A DNA stretch of 64,000 nucleotides from Desulfuromonadales bacterium (lineage in GTDB: Bacteria; Desulfobacterota; Desulfuromonadia; Desulfuromonadales; SZUA-540). The stretch spans positions 96,001-160,000 of the forward strand of contig JAWSUS010000004.1 in NCBI GenBank assembly GCA_033549025.1, read 5' to 3'. Made by a program: the position numbers and the translations under genes. Shown here one piece after another: positions 36,511 to 46,704 of the stretch; position 1 is the first letter of the stretch; the number at the start of each line of letters is the position of its first letter. The notes under the pieces are model-generated. The model did not search any database. It saw only the letters and a program-made list of their open reading frames with translations, and was not told the DNA's origin.

Positions 36511-37289
36511 TGGGCCGTCTTCTGCTGCGGGTGCTGCTTGGCCTTGTCTTGATTCTGCCGGGCCGGCCGGCATGGGCTGACGAACTTATGGTCTTTGCCG
36601 CCTCGTCCCTGACCGAGGCCTTTACGGAACTCGGCCGGCAGTATGAGCAGGTGCATCCCAACACCCGGGTGGTCTTTCATTTTGCCGGCAGCCAGGCTCT
36701 GGCCGCCCAGATCAGCCAGGGGGCGGCCGTCGATGTCTTCGCCGCCGCGGACGACCAGGTCATGAGCCGCCTGCGGCAGCAGGGGCTGGTCGAAGCGCCC
36801 GCCTTCTTTGCCGGCAATCGTCTGACGCTCATCGTCTCCCGGCAGGCCGTTCAACCGATACCGGACCTCGCTTCGCTGGCCCGACCCGGCAATCTGCTCA
36901 TCCTTGGTGCCCCTTCGGTACCCGTCGGTCGCTACACCCAGCGGCTGCTGGATCGCCTGGCGTCTGACCTGGCCTATGGGCCGACCTTCGTGGCGGGCGT
37001 GCGCCGCAATCTGGTCAGCGAAGAGGCGAGCGTCAAAGCGGTGGCCACCAAGGTGGCGCTGGGCGAGGCCGATGCGGGGGTGGTCTATGTTTCGGACCTG
37101 ACCCCCTATCTGCAGGAGCGGGTGCGGGTTGTCCTTCTCCCGGAAATTCATGTCCCCCCGGTGCGTTATCCCGTCGCCCTGGTGGTCGATTCTTCCCGTA
37201 AGGTGTCCGCCCGGCGTTTTATCGATTATCTGCGCTCCCCCCAGGGACAGCAAATTCTGGCCGCCCACGGCTTTTTACCGGCGAGGTAG
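36510..37289 (+). CDS. modA: Molybdate ABC transporter substrate-binding protein
   Basis: VFAASSL, FAGSQALA, VPVGRY and EADAGVVYVSD motifs. Confidence 0.9.
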   Translation: MGRLLLRVLLGLVLILPGRPAWADELMVFAASSLTEAFTELGRQYEQVHPNTRVVFHFAGSQALAAQISQGAAVDVFAAADDQVMSRLRQQGLVEAPAFFAGNRLTLIVSRQAVQPIPDLASLARPGNLLILGAPSVPVGRYTQRLLDRLASDLAYGPTFVAGVRRNLVSEEASVKAVATKVALGEADAGVVYVSDLTPYLQERVRVVLLPEIHVPPVRYPVALVVDSSRKVSARRFIDYLRSPQGQQILAAHGFLPAR

Positions 37290-37292
37290 GGG

Positions 37293-38162
37293 ATGAAGGC
37301 ATCCGGGCCAAATCAGCCGGCGCCCTGGCAGCCGCTGGATTTCCACCCTGAACGCAGCCGGCGCCGACGACGCACCGCCTGGCTGTTCAAGGCAGGGCTG
37401 TTCGCGGCCACGGCCCTCCTGGTGCTGCTGCTCCTTCTTCCCGTCGCTGCTCTGTTGCTGCACGTGACTCCGGCCCGCCTGCTGGAACTGCTGACCGCCG
37501 CCGACGTGGCCGCCGCTCTGCGGGTGACGCTGCTCTCCTCGGCTGCTTCGACGCTCCTGATCTTTCTGCTGGGGCTGCCGGTGGCCTACGCCGTCTCTCG
37601 CCACCTCGGCCGGGGGCGTTTTCTGCTCGACAGCCTGCTGGAGCTGCCCATGGTCATGCCGCCCGTGGTGGCCGGTCTCGCCCTGCTGCTGGCTTTCGGT
37701 CGCCGGGGACTGGTCGGCGTCTGGCTGGCGGAGCTGGGCATTCAGCTCCCCTTCACACTGGCGGCGGTAGTGCTGGCCCAGCTCTTCCTGCTCACCCCCT
37801 ATTTCGTCAAGCGGGCCGTCGTCCTCTTCGACGGGGTCGACCGGCGGCTCGAAGAGGCCGCCATCCTGCTGGGGGCCGGCCCCTTCCGCACCTTCTTTTC
37901 TGTCAGCCTGCCCCTCTGTCGCCGTGGCCTGCTGGCCGAAGCGGTCATGGCCCTGGCCCAGGGGGTCGGCATGTTTGGGGCCGTCATCCTCTTTGCCGGC
38001 AATCTGCCGGGACGGACGCAAACCCTGTCCCTGGCCATCTACAGCACCTTCGAGGGGAACCCTGAAAAAGCTTTTGCCCTCTCCGCTCTGCTGCTGGTGC
38101 TGTCCTGTCTCCTGTTGCTGTGCTTCCGTCTGATCTCCCGCCCCTTGGCGCAGGAGGGCTGA
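37293..38162 (+). CDS. modB: Molybdate ABC transporter permease
   Basis: LPMVMPPVVAGLALL, EEAA..LGA and FAGNLPGRTQTL motifs. Confidence 0.9.
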   Translation: MKASGPNQPAPWQPLDFHPERSRRRRRTAWLFKAGLFAATALLVLLLLLPVAALLLHVTPARLLELLTAADVAAALRVTLLSSAASTLLIFLLGLPVAYAVSRHLGRGRFLLDSLLELPMVMPPVVAGLALLLAFGRRGLVGVWLAELGIQLPFTLAAVVLAQLFLLTPYFVKRAVVLFDGVDRRLEEAAILLGAGPFRTFFSVSLPLCRRGLLAEAVMALAQGVGMFGAVILFAGNLPGRTQTLSLAIYSTFEGNPEKAFALSALLLVLSCLLLLCFRLISRPLAQEG

Positions 38163-38163
38163 G

Positions 38164-39237
38164 ATGGCGACGCTGCGTTTCGACCTGACCTGCCCCTTGC
38201 GGGACTTCACCCTGCAAGCGGCCCTTGAGGTTCCCAGCGGTGTGACGGTGTTGATCGGCCCCAACGGCAGCGGCAAAAGCACTCTGCTTCGGTTGCTGGC
38301 CGGCCTGACAACGCCGGGTGACGGGCAGGTACGCATCGACGATCACATCCTTTACGATGCCGCCCGCCGCTTCAATCTGCCCCCCCAGGATCGCGGTCTG
38401 GGCATGGTCTTTCAGGACCTGGCTCTCTTCCCTCATCTGAACGTGGGCCAGAACCTGGCTTTCGGCTTGCGCGCCCGCCGTCTGCCGCGCCGGGAGCAGG
38501 ACAGCCGCGTGGCCGCCATGCTCGAACGCCTGGGGCTGCGGGAGCTGGCGGCGGAGCCGGTCGGGGCCCTGTCGGGTGGCCAGCGGCAGAAGGTGGCCCT
38601 GGCCCGGACCCTCATGGTCGCGCCCCGGGCGCTGCTGCTCGATGAGCCGACGGCGGCGCTGGATCAGGGGAGCCGCTGGGAGATGAGGCGCTGGCTGGGG
38701 GAGATTCTGATGCAGTTGCCCATCCCGACGGTGCTGGTCAGCCACGACCCGGCCGACGCTTCCTATTTTCGCAAGCGTCTCGCCGTGCTCGAGCAGGGGC
38801 GCATCAGCCAGCAGGGGAGCTACCATCAGCTGCTCCATTCGCCCACCACCCCCTTTGTCGCCCAGTTTGCCGGGGTCAATTTTATCCCAGGCCGGGTGGT
38901 GGATAGCGGCGGCCAGACCGCCTTTCACAGTGACGGCGGCGTGAGTTTTCTGGCCCCCTTCGAGCAGGTACGCCCGGGCCCGGCCTGTCTGACTATCTAT
39001 CCCTGGGAGGTCGCCCTCTATCGCGCGGTGCCTGAGGGTAGCCCCCGCAATATTCTGCCGGGGGAAGTGACGGAGATCATCACTGTGGGGGATACGGTGC
39101 GCGTCACCGTGAGCGGACGGGAGAAGCTGGTCGCCGAGATCAGTTATCGGGGATTTCTCGGTATCGGCCCCCTGCAGGTGGGGGAGACAGTCTATGCCAT
39201 CTTCAAGGCGCGGGAGACGCGCGTGGAAAATACCTGA
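38164..39237 (+). CDS. modC: Molybdate ABC transporter ATPase with TOBE domain
   Basis: GPNGSGKS, LSGGQRQ and LLLDEP motifs; C-terminal SPRN..FKA TOBE-like region. Confidence 0.88.
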   Translation: MATLRFDLTCPLRDFTLQAALEVPSGVTVLIGPNGSGKSTLLRLLAGLTTPGDGQVRIDDHILYDAARRFNLPPQDRGLGMVFQDLALFPHLNVGQNLAFGLRARRLPRREQDSRVAAMLERLGLRELAAEPVGALSGGQRQKVALARTLMVAPRALLLDEPTAALDQGSRWEMRRWLGEILMQLPIPTVLVSHDPADASYFRKRLAVLEQGRISQQGSYHQLLHSPTTPFVAQFAGVNFIPGRVVDSGGQTAFHSDGGVSFLAPFEQVRPGPACLTIYPWEVALYRAVPEGSPRNILPGEVTEIITVGDTVRVTVSGREKLVAEISYRGFLGIGPLQVGETVYAIFKARETRVENT

Positions 39238-39251
39238 AACGAGGGAAATAG

Positions 39252-40463
39252 ATGCTGAACTATTCGGAAGCCCTTCAGATTGTCGGAAAAACGGTCCAAC
39301 CCCTGCCACCCCGCCTGCTGCCCCTGGCCGAGACGGCCGGGCTGGTTCTGGCCGAAGAGACCTTCTCCCGCGTCGACCTGCCGCCGGCGGATAATTCCGC
39401 CATGGACGGCTACACCTACGGGTTCGCGGGGCAGCAGGCCGGAGCCCGCCTGCCCGTCACCGACTTCATCCCGGCGGGGGCAATGCGGACGGCGGCGGTG
39501 CCGGCCGGACACTGCGTGAAGATCATGACCGGGGCGCCTCTGCCGCCGGGCTGCGATACCGTAGTGCCGATTGAGGAGACGGAAGAGAGTGACGGCCAGA
39601 TGCGTCTGCTCAAGGCCGGCCGTCAAGGGGAGCATGTGCGCACCTGCGGGGAAGAAATCCGTAAGGACGAGCCCCTGCTTTCGGCAGGTACCCGCTTGGG
39701 GCCGGGAGAGATCGGCTTGCTGGCGGCGGCCGGCGTGGCGCAGGTGCGCGTTTATCCGCGGCCGCGGGTGGCGGTTCTCTCCACCGGCGACGAACTGGTG
39801 GAGCTGGGCGCTGCCATGCGGCCGGGGCAGATCGTCAATTCCAATAGCTATCTGCTGACCGCCCGCCTGCGGGAGCTCGGCTGCGAGGTGGTGACGCTCG
39901 GCATCGGCGGCGACGAGCCCGAGGCTTTGCGCGCCCTCATGCAGGAAGGGCTGAAAGCCGACCTGCTGGTCACCTCCGGCGGCGTCTCCATGGGGGACCG
40001 CGACCTGGTGCAGGAGGTGATGCAGGGGCTGGGTTTCTCTCTCGGATTCTGGAAAGTGGCGATCAAACCGGGCAAGCCGGTGCTTTTCGGCACGGTGGGG
40101 GCGGTTCCGGTGTTCGGCCTGCCCGGCAATCCCGCCGCTTCGGCCGCCACCCTGGAGATTTTCGTCGCCCCCGCCGTGCGTCTCCTGGCCGGTGCCGCCG
40201 ATCCCCTGCCGCCCCGACTGCCGGTGCGTCTCGGCGCAGACATTCCCGCCGGCGGCAAGCGCGAGACCTTTCTGTGGGGATGTCTGCGCTGGGCGGAGGG
40301 AGGGTATTGTTTCGACCCCAGCCAGCGGCAGGGCTCCGGGCAGAACCGCAGCCTGCAGGGGGCGCACGCCCTGCTGGCCGTGCCGGCCGGGGCGCCGCCG
40401 CGCTCGTCCGGGACAACGGCCGAGGTCCTGCTCCTGCGTCTGCCCCCCGGCGGCGCCCTCTGA
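39252..40463 (+). CDS. moeA: Molybdopterin molybdotransferase
   Basis: SAMDGY, IMTGAPLP, STGDEL, SGGVSMG, KPGKP and LPGNP motifs. Confidence 0.93.
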   Translation: MLNYSEALQIVGKTVQPLPPRLLPLAETAGLVLAEETFSRVDLPPADNSAMDGYTYGFAGQQAGARLPVTDFIPAGAMRTAAVPAGHCVKIMTGAPLPPGCDTVVPIEETEESDGQMRLLKAGRQGEHVRTCGEEIRKDEPLLSAGTRLGPGEIGLLAAAGVAQVRVYPRPRVAVLSTGDELVELGAAMRPGQIVNSNSYLLTARLRELGCEVVTLGIGGDEPEALRALMQEGLKADLLVTSGGVSMGDRDLVQEVMQGLGFSLGFWKVAIKPGKPVLFGTVGAVPVFGLPGNPAASAATLEIFVAPAVRLLAGAADPLPPRLPVRLGADIPAGGKRETFLWGCLRWAEGGYCFDPSQRQGSGQNRSLQGAHALLAVPAGAPPRSSGTTAEVLLLRLPPGGAL

Positions 40464-40615
40464 GGTTTTCTGGCCGCCTGTCTGGTCAAATCACCGGGTA
40501 CCCACTGTTTCCCCCGAAATTGCCGCCAATGGAACATACGTGGGTGGACTTCCAATGGCCTAAATTGTCATAAAAATCCCGCATGAAACGGTAAAATGGT
40601 TTTTCTGCCTTCAAC

Positions 40616-40631
40616 TGGTGTGGTATTTGCT
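40616..40631 (+). promoter_or_regulatory. Possible sigma54 promoter upstream of the hybrid kinase
   Basis: TGGTGT-GGTAT-TTGCT (GG-N10-GC). Confidence 0.4.
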
Positions 40632-40711
40632 AGTTTTAATTTGTTTTTCGTGACAATTGACCATGAATTGTCGACGGAATGGTGGTCTTGGTCTCATGGC
40701 AGGGGGGGGCA

Positions 40712-43420
40712 ATGAGCCTCAGCATCAGGAGCAAGCTTTTTTTCGGTTTTCTGGCGGTGGCCGTCCTGGCGGCGACTTCGGGCTTCTTTGCCCTAAGCGC
40801 CAACCGGCAGATCGTCGGCTATTTCGAGGGAGGGGAGAGCCATTTCCGCTCCAACGTGGCCGCCGCCACCGAGGTGGCCAGCCATGCCAAGCGCCTTGAA
40901 AGCCATCTGCTCCTCTATCTGTCGCTCCATAACATCGAGGACCGCGCCGCCGTATTCTCCTTTTATGAGGCGATGGGCAAAGAGTTGGCCACCCTGGAGG
41001 CCCAGGTGGAGAACCCCGAGGCCCGCCGTTTTTTGGAGACCCTTCATCGCACCCGGGAAACGGTCAAGCACTGGGCGCTGACCGCCATTCTGGCCCATGA
41101 CGAAGAGCTGGATGGCTCCAGCGAATTTGTGCTGGCCCGTCACAACACCGCCTTGCGCAACCTGAGCGATGCCGTCGATCATCTGGCGGCCAGCGCATTG
41201 CGTATCGCCCACCTCGAAACCAATTTCCTTAACAAGCAGGAAGCCATCACGGCGGCAACGACCGTGGCCAGTCTGGCCAAAAAGGCCGAGAGCAGTCTGC
41301 TCTTTTTCCTTTCCCTTGGTTGTGAAGAGGACCGGGCTGATTTTTTTGATTTCAATCTGGACTTGACCCGAAACATCACTATTTTGCGGGATCGGGTCAA
41401 GGAGCCCTATGGGCAGGCCCTTCTCGACCGCATCGCCGCGGGCGAGCGGAACATGTTTCTGGCCGGACGGCAGCTGGTGGAAATCCGTGATGCCGGGGTG
41501 GTCGGGGGGCAGTTCGATTACCACAAAAACGACAGGCTGCTGCGTGACCTGCACGAAGCGGCGGCCAGCATCCGCTCCTTGGGCAACCAGATGGCGGACT
41601 ATGAAGTCGGCCTGGAAAGCCAGCTCAAAGCCGGTGCCGTCGAGAAGGCGCAGCGCACCATTTTCCTGGTGTCGCTGGTCATGGGGGCCGGGGTGGTCCT
41701 AGCGCTCGGGCTGGGCTATGCCATCTCTCATTCCCTGTCCCTGCGTTTGCAGAAGCTGAAAGCGGCGGTCAGCGACATCGGCCGCGGCCATCTGGAAACG
41801 GCCGTCCCCGTTGACAAGAAGGACGAGATCGGCGAGGTCGGCACCGCCATCAACCTGATGGCGCGCGACCTGCACCACACGCTGGTGTCACGGCGCTATG
41901 TCGAAAACATCCTCCATTCCATGATGGATATGCTGCTGGTCTTTTCCTCCGATTTGAGCATCCAGGTGGTCAACCGTTCGACCCTGCATCTCCTCGGCTA
42001 CCGGGAAGAAGAACTCATCGGCCGCTCTTTTGTTGACATCGTCGGTACCGGTTTTAACGACATGATCAGCCGCAATCTTTTCCATGCCGGCTTTGTCTCC
42101 AATATCGAACTGCACTTTCTGAGCAAGGGCGGCGAGCGGATTCCGGTGCTCTTCTCCGCCTCGGTCATGCGGGATGAGGGGCGCAGCGTAGAGGGCGTGG
42201 TCTGCGCCGCCCGAGATATGACCGAGATCAAGCGGGGGGAGGAAGAGCGCGCCCGCCTGCAGGCCCAACTCATTCAGGCCCAGAAAATGGAGACCGTCGG
42301 CACCCTGGCTGGCGGCATTGCCCATGATTTCAACAATATCCTGACGCCCATTCTGGGCTTCAGCGAGTTGTGCAAAGGGGAAGTGCCTGGCGACAGCCGG
42401 GCGAGCCAGTGCCTCGACCATGTTATCAACGCCGCTCGCCGCGCCCGCAATCTGGTGCAGCAGGTCTTGACCTTCAGCCGGCGCACCGAGGGCCGCCGCC
42501 GTCCCGTCGATCTGCGGCAGGTGGTCATCGAGGCGATGGAATTTCTGCAGGCCTCCCTGCCCAAAAAAATCGGCCTCCGTCAGCGACTGGGGAATGACCT
42601 GCCTCTGGTCATGGCCGACCCGACCCAGATCCACCAGGTGCTGATGAACCTGGGGACCAACGCCCTGCAGGCCATGCCCGGCGGCGACGGCGACATCGAG
42701 GTCATTCTCGAAAAAGCGCATGTCGATGCCGCCCAGGCCAGAATCTATCCCGAACTCAAGCCGGGTGACTACCTGCGGCTGAAAGTCCGCGACAACGGGC
42801 AGGGGATGAGCGAGGAGACCTGCAAGCGGGTCTTCGAACCGTTTTTCACCACCAAGGATGTGGGGCAGGGGACGGGGCTGGGGCTGTCGGTGGTCCACGG
42901 CATTATTAAAAGTCACGGCGGTCATATCGCCGTGCAGAGTACCGCAGGCAAAGGGACCACCTTCACCATTCTGTTGCCGGTCGCCATAACCTCTGAGGAG
43001 GAGGGGGCGCCTGCCATGGCCAGTGCAGCGGCCGGGCAGGGTCACATTCTGCTGCTGGATGACGAGGAGATCGTGCTCTTGCTGGTGGAGGAGATGCTGG
43101 CGGCGCAGGGATACCAGGTGTCCGCCTTCACTGGAGCCGATGAGGCCCTGGAGGCCTTTGGCCGGCGCCCGCAGGATTTCGATCTGGTCATCACCGATCT
43201 CTCCATGCCGGACCAAAACGGCCTGGAAGTGGCCCGCCAGATCAAGGGGATCCGCCCTGAGTTGCCCATCGTGCTGCTGAGTGGATTTGTCGGAACCATA
43301 TCCCCGGAGGAGAGCGCCGCAGCCGGCATCGACCGCTTGCTCATGAAGCCAATCGTGGCCGCCGAACTCCATGAAACAGTCGGCGACCTGCTGGCCGGCG
43401 GGGTAGAGGGCAAGGGATAG
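40712..43420 (+). CDS. Hybrid sensor kinase (duplicated periplasmic sensor, HAMP, PAS, HisKA, HATPase, REC)
   Basis: GIAHDFNNIL, EPFFTTK, GTGLGL and LLLDDE..TDLSMP..KP motifs; two TM helices. Confidence 0.92.
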   Translation: MSLSIRSKLFFGFLAVAVLAATSGFFALSANRQIVGYFEGGESHFRSNVAAATEVASHAKRLESHLLLYLSLHNIEDRAAVFSFYEAMGKELATLEAQVENPEARRFLETLHRTRETVKHWALTAILAHDEELDGSSEFVLARHNTALRNLSDAVDHLAASALRIAHLETNFLNKQEAITAATTVASLAKKAESSLLFFLSLGCEEDRADFFDFNLDLTRNITILRDRVKEPYGQALLDRIAAGERNMFLAGRQLVEIRDAGVVGGQFDYHKNDRLLRDLHEAAASIRSLGNQMADYEVGLESQLKAGAVEKAQRTIFLVSLVMGAGVVLALGLGYAISHSLSLRLQKLKAAVSDIGRGHLETAVPVDKKDEIGEVGTAINLMARDLHHTLVSRRYVENILHSMMDMLLVFSSDLSIQVVNRSTLHLLGYREEELIGRSFVDIVGTGFNDMISRNLFHAGFVSNIELHFLSKGGERIPVLFSASVMRDEGRSVEGVVCAARDMTEIKRGEEERARLQAQLIQAQKMETVGTLAGGIAHDFNNILTPILGFSELCKGEVPGDSRASQCLDHVINAARRARNLVQQVLTFSRRTEGRRRPVDLRQVVIEAMEFLQASLPKKIGLRQRLGNDLPLVMADPTQIHQVLMNLGTNALQAMPGGDGDIEVILEKAHVDAAQARIYPELKPGDYLRLKVRDNGQGMSEETCKRVFEPFFTTKDVGQGTGLGLSVVHGIIKSHGGHIAVQSTAGKGTTFTILLPVAITSEEEGAPAMASAAAGQGHILLLDDEEIVLLLVEEMLAAQGYQVSAFTGADEALEAFGRRPQDFDLVITDLSMPDQNGLEVARQIKGIRPELPIVLLSGFVGTISPEESAAAGIDRLLMKPIVAAELHETVGDLLAGGVEGKG

Positions 43421-43435
43421 CCCAGGTCGCCGCGT

Positions 43436-43936
43436 CTATTTCTTGCGGCGAAAGACATCCGTCTTGAGGCTGGAGACGCGATCGAGAAAGAGGAACCCGT
43501 CAAGATGGTCCAGCTCGTGCTGGATGGCCACTGCTTCGAACCCGCTGGCCTGGATCACCGTTTCACGCCCCTGCCGGTCGAGAAACTGCACCACCACCTG
43601 CTCGGCCCGACTGACGTTGCCCGTGTAGTCCGGCACGCTCATGCACCCCTCGCGCATGGTACTGCATCCCGCCTTTTCCAGAATCACCGGATTGACCATG
43701 ACCAGCAGGCCGTGATTGTTCTCCCGCCCCAGTTTCGACTTGGAAACATCGACAACGACGGCGCGGCGGGTGACGCCGATCTGCGGCGCCGCCACCCCCA
43801 CGGAGTGCCCGGCGGCAACCATGGTGTCGAGCAGATCCTGGATGAGCGTGTCCACCGAGGCGTCGAACGCCTCGATCGGGGCGCAGACGGTTTTAAGAAT
43901 CGGGTCGGGGTAAAGAAGGATTTCCTGTACGGCCAT
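43436..43936 (-). CDS. def: Peptide deformylase
   Basis: GVAAPQIG, EGCMSVP and QHELDHLDG motifs. Confidence 0.95.
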   Translation of the reverse strand: MAVQEILLYPDPILKTVCAPIEAFDASVDTLIQDLLDTMVAAGHSVGVAAPQIGVTRRAVVVDVSKSKLGRENNHGLLVMVNPVILEKAGCSTMREGCMSVPDYTGNVSRAEQVVVQFLDRQGRETVIQASGFEAVAIQHELDHLDGFLFLDRVSSLKTDVFRRKK

Positions 43937-43939
43937 GGT

Positions 43940-44479
43940 CTAGAGCTCGACGGGGGTGATGGAGCGAACGTTGATGTCCACCTGCAGTTCATCCTTGAGG
44001 CCGGCCATGATCGCTTTCAGGCTGTCCTCGTCCTGCCCTTCGGGGAGCATCGCTTCGAGCATCATGACATAGACCGGGCGCTCCTCGCTGCCGACCAGTT
44101 TGGTATTGAGGTCGGTGATGTTGATCTGCCGGCGGGCCAGTTCCTGGGTGACGCGATAGACGATGCCGGGTTTGTCCGAACCGTAAACCGAGATCATGCA
44201 GATTTCGCCGCGCATATCGGCACGAAGCTCGCCTCCCGGTTTGAGTACGCGCACAAAGACGGAGAGGCCGCTCTCTTCAATGCCGGCGAAGGCGTCGAGA
44301 AAGGGCTGCTTGCCGTCGATGTCGGGGCTGGAGACGATGAGGATCATGGCGAACTGGCCGCCGAGCAGGGTGCAGCTCGAATCGGCGATGTTGCAACCGA
44401 GGCGGTAGAGAACTTCGGTAACGTCGGCGACGATGCCGGGCCGGTCGCGGCCAATGATGGTCAGGGCAAAATAGTGCAT
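43940..44479 (-). CDS. Double ACT-domain protein (GcvR-like)
   Basis: Two ACT repeats, GRDRPGIV and GSDKPGIV; ATG 44479. Confidence 0.85.
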   Translation of the reverse strand: MHYFALTIIGRDRPGIVADVTEVLYRLGCNIADSSCTLLGGQFAMILIVSSPDIDGKQPFLDAFAGIEESGLSVFVRVLKPGGELRADMRGEICMISVYGSDKPGIVYRVTQELARRQINITDLNTKLVGSEERPVYVMMLEAMLPEGQDEDSLKAIMAGLKDELQVDINVRSITPVEL

Positions 44480-44732
44480 GGCGGGCTCCACAGACAGGGG
44501 TGAATAGATCAAGGCTTTTTCTAGCATGAACCGTCCCGCTTGCCAAGGTGAACAATGCCCATTGCATAGAAAAAGCCCCTGCCGGTTCGACAGGGGCCAT
44601 GACATTACAATGGAACAGGTTCTGCTGGCTAACCGCTAAAAAAAGCCCCGCCAGGCGGGAGCCGATTACATCAGATAGGTATTACGGGGCATTGGCAACA
44701 TATCTGTCGATGCCCCGTTTCTTATGGCCCGG

Positions 44733-46085
44733 TTACCGAGTGAATGCCGTTGTTACCCTTGTCGCAGTGAGTTCTTGAGCGGTTGCTGCCAACTGGTTTT
44801 CTACAGCCTGGATGGCCTTTTGATACCTGAAGACCTCTGGTGCCAGTTGCGCTGCCCGTTGATATTCCTGTAATGCTTTATGCAAATTGCCGTTTTTCTC
44901 ATTCGACCTGCCAAGCCAATAGACCGCTGAGGCGTTGTCCGGAAATTTCCTGACGTTTAGATTGGCTATTTCCACGCTGCCCTGCAAATGATCCGCAGAC
45001 CGTCTTTCATTTCCCATCAACTCGTAAGTTTCCACCAGTGAAAGATGTGATGCAACGCTGAGCGGCTGCCTGGCAAGAGTATCAAGGTCCGCCTGCTCTG
45101 CTTTTTCAAGGAAATTGCGGGCCAACTGTGGATCGTTCAATTTGGTGTAGCAAACGAACAGATTGCGCAATGCCGAGGCATTGATCGGTTCCTCTTTATG
45201 CACCAGCAGATATAATTGCGCGGCACTGTCCCATTGCTCATAACGCTTGTAGCGATCAGCAAACTTCTCCACACCATTGTAGAACCGGGCTTCCATTTTT
45301 GGTTTCTGGATAGGTGAATAATAACTTGCGGTGGTGGCAAAAAAGGCGAGAAGAGTTACACCAAAGACCAATGAACCGGTTTGCCCGGCCAACCGCTTCG
45401 AATCCGCCGCAGGCCACTCAGGAATATCCTTAAGTTCCTGCTGCCTGTGCGCGGAAAGCAAAAAATTGAAGCACATGGTGGCCAGCGCCAGCGGGATCAG
45501 TATTTCAGCAATTTCAGCCTCGTTGAACTGAAGAAGTCCAAGCTCAAGCACGGCGCTGAATACAAAAAAGGGCCAAAGGTAAAGTGGCGGGTGCGGCAGG
45601 CCTTTATTGCTGAACCAGACGGCTAATCTCCAGCGTAAACCCAAAAGGAGAGGGAACAGCAGCCCATAAACGACCAACCCCAGAGCGATCAGATATTCCA
45701 TCGATTGCTTCAATGTGGTCTTGAACGGACCGGTGAAAAAATTATGCAGGTTGGTCTCATTTTGCAGATTATGTGTTCGAAAAAAATCGGGAGTTGTCAG
45801 ATTGAAGATTCTTTGGCCCCAGGAAATTTCTTCACCGACAACATAGAAACAGGCCAATGCCAAAATCGCAAAGAAGAGCCGGTAGTTCGACTTGCCACAG
45901 GCAACCCGAACCGAGAGCAGCATGGTTGCGGCAAAGAGAAAGACTTGGGCCCACTCGCCGATCAGATCTTCGTAAGTCGCAACGATATACGCCAGAGGAA
46001 ACCTTGCCGCCATGAGAAAATAACCACCGGCAATAACGACAAACAATCCCCAGGCAAGGAGTTTGTGGGGTTTGGCCAGTTTCAC
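44733..46085 (-). CDS. Multi-pass membrane protein (GEEISWGQR family) fused to TPR repeats
   Basis: YEDLIGEW, GEEISWGQRIF, QNETNLHN and EAEIAE in the TM region; TPR-like C-terminus. Confidence 0.75.
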   Translation of the reverse strand: MKLAKPHKLLAWGLFVVIAGGYFLMAARFPLAYIVATYEDLIGEWAQVFLFAATMLLSVRVACGKSNYRLFFAILALACFYVVGEEISWGQRIFNLTTPDFFRTHNLQNETNLHNFFTGPFKTTLKQSMEYLIALGLVVYGLLFPLLLGLRWRLAVWFSNKGLPHPPLYLWPFFVFSAVLELGLLQFNEAEIAEILIPLALATMCFNFLLSAHRQQELKDIPEWPAADSKRLAGQTGSLVFGVTLLAFFATTASYYSPIQKPKMEARFYNGVEKFADRYKRYEQWDSAAQLYLLVHKEEPINASALRNLFVCYTKLNDPQLARNFLEKAEQADLDTLARQPLSVASHLSLVETYELMGNERRSADHLQGSVEIANLNVRKFPDNASAVYWLGRSNEKNGNLHKALQEYQRAAQLAPEVFRYQKAIQAVENQLAATAQELTATRVTTAFTR

Positions 46086-46196
46086 CGCAACCCTCCCGGA
46101 ATTAGTTGTGAGTGAGTTGGCAGCATCCTGTCACCACCTGTGCGATTGTCTTGCCGATGCCGAATGGCCAGGGGGAGTACTCGTCCTGGCTCTCTT

Positions 46197-46236
46197 TTCA
46201 AAACGGCTGCCGGGCATTTCCGGCAGCCGTTTTGAA
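46197..46236. repeat. Perfect 17-bp inverted repeat
   Basis: TTCAAAACGGCTGCCGG-GCATTT-CCGGCAGCCGTTTTGAA between co-oriented genes. Confidence 0.8.
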
Positions 46237-46249
46237 TCAGCTTGAACTG

Positions 46250-46651
46250 TTAGTAGTGATCGCTGTCGGCGCTATCATCACTGTCACTGTCGTGATGGTA
46301 ATCCACAAAATCATAGGTCGGAACTTCGGAATTCGGGCAATCGCCGTTCACTTCAACTTTGGCCTGCCAGTAGACGCCTGTCGCGTAAGCGGGTGCATTC
46401 CAGGTGTACTCAACCGCAGTGGTACGGCCTTCGCTCAACCAGGCTTCTTTGCAGAGCTGGCCAATCTTGACTCCGGCATTGTCGAAACCGGTCATTTTGA
46501 CAGCGGCCCGAACACTTTGAGACGTTGTATTCTTTACCGAAGCTTTGACGGTTGCAGCCTGGTTGAACTTCACCTGGGTTCCGGCGTGAGCCAGAGTGAT
46601 ACTTACGAAGGCGATGAACATCGCCAGTAAAATCAGTTTTGCTGTTTTCAT
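46250..46651 (-). CDS. Small secreted beta-rich protein with an Asp/His/Ser tail
   Basis: SD GGAGG; signal peptide (AHA|G); two Cys; ends DYHHDSDSDDSADSDHY. Confidence 0.72.
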   Translation of the reverse strand: MKTAKLILLAMFIAFVSITLAHAGTQVKFNQAATVKASVKNTTSQSVRAAVKMTGFDNAGVKIGQLCKEAWLSEGRTTAVEYTWNAPAYATGVYWQAKVEVNGDCPNSEVPTYDFVDYHHDSDSDDSADSDHY

Positions 46652-46704
46652 TTGTTCCTCCAGATCGTTCATCTCTCGTTACAGGATTCGTCGATTCAAA
46701 CCAC

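Noticed and set aside
44576..44597. GGTTCGA in a hairpin resembling a tRNA T-arm or att site at the edge of the AT-richer region
   Set aside because: No cloverleaf, no matching direct repeat seen at the other side, and no integrase.
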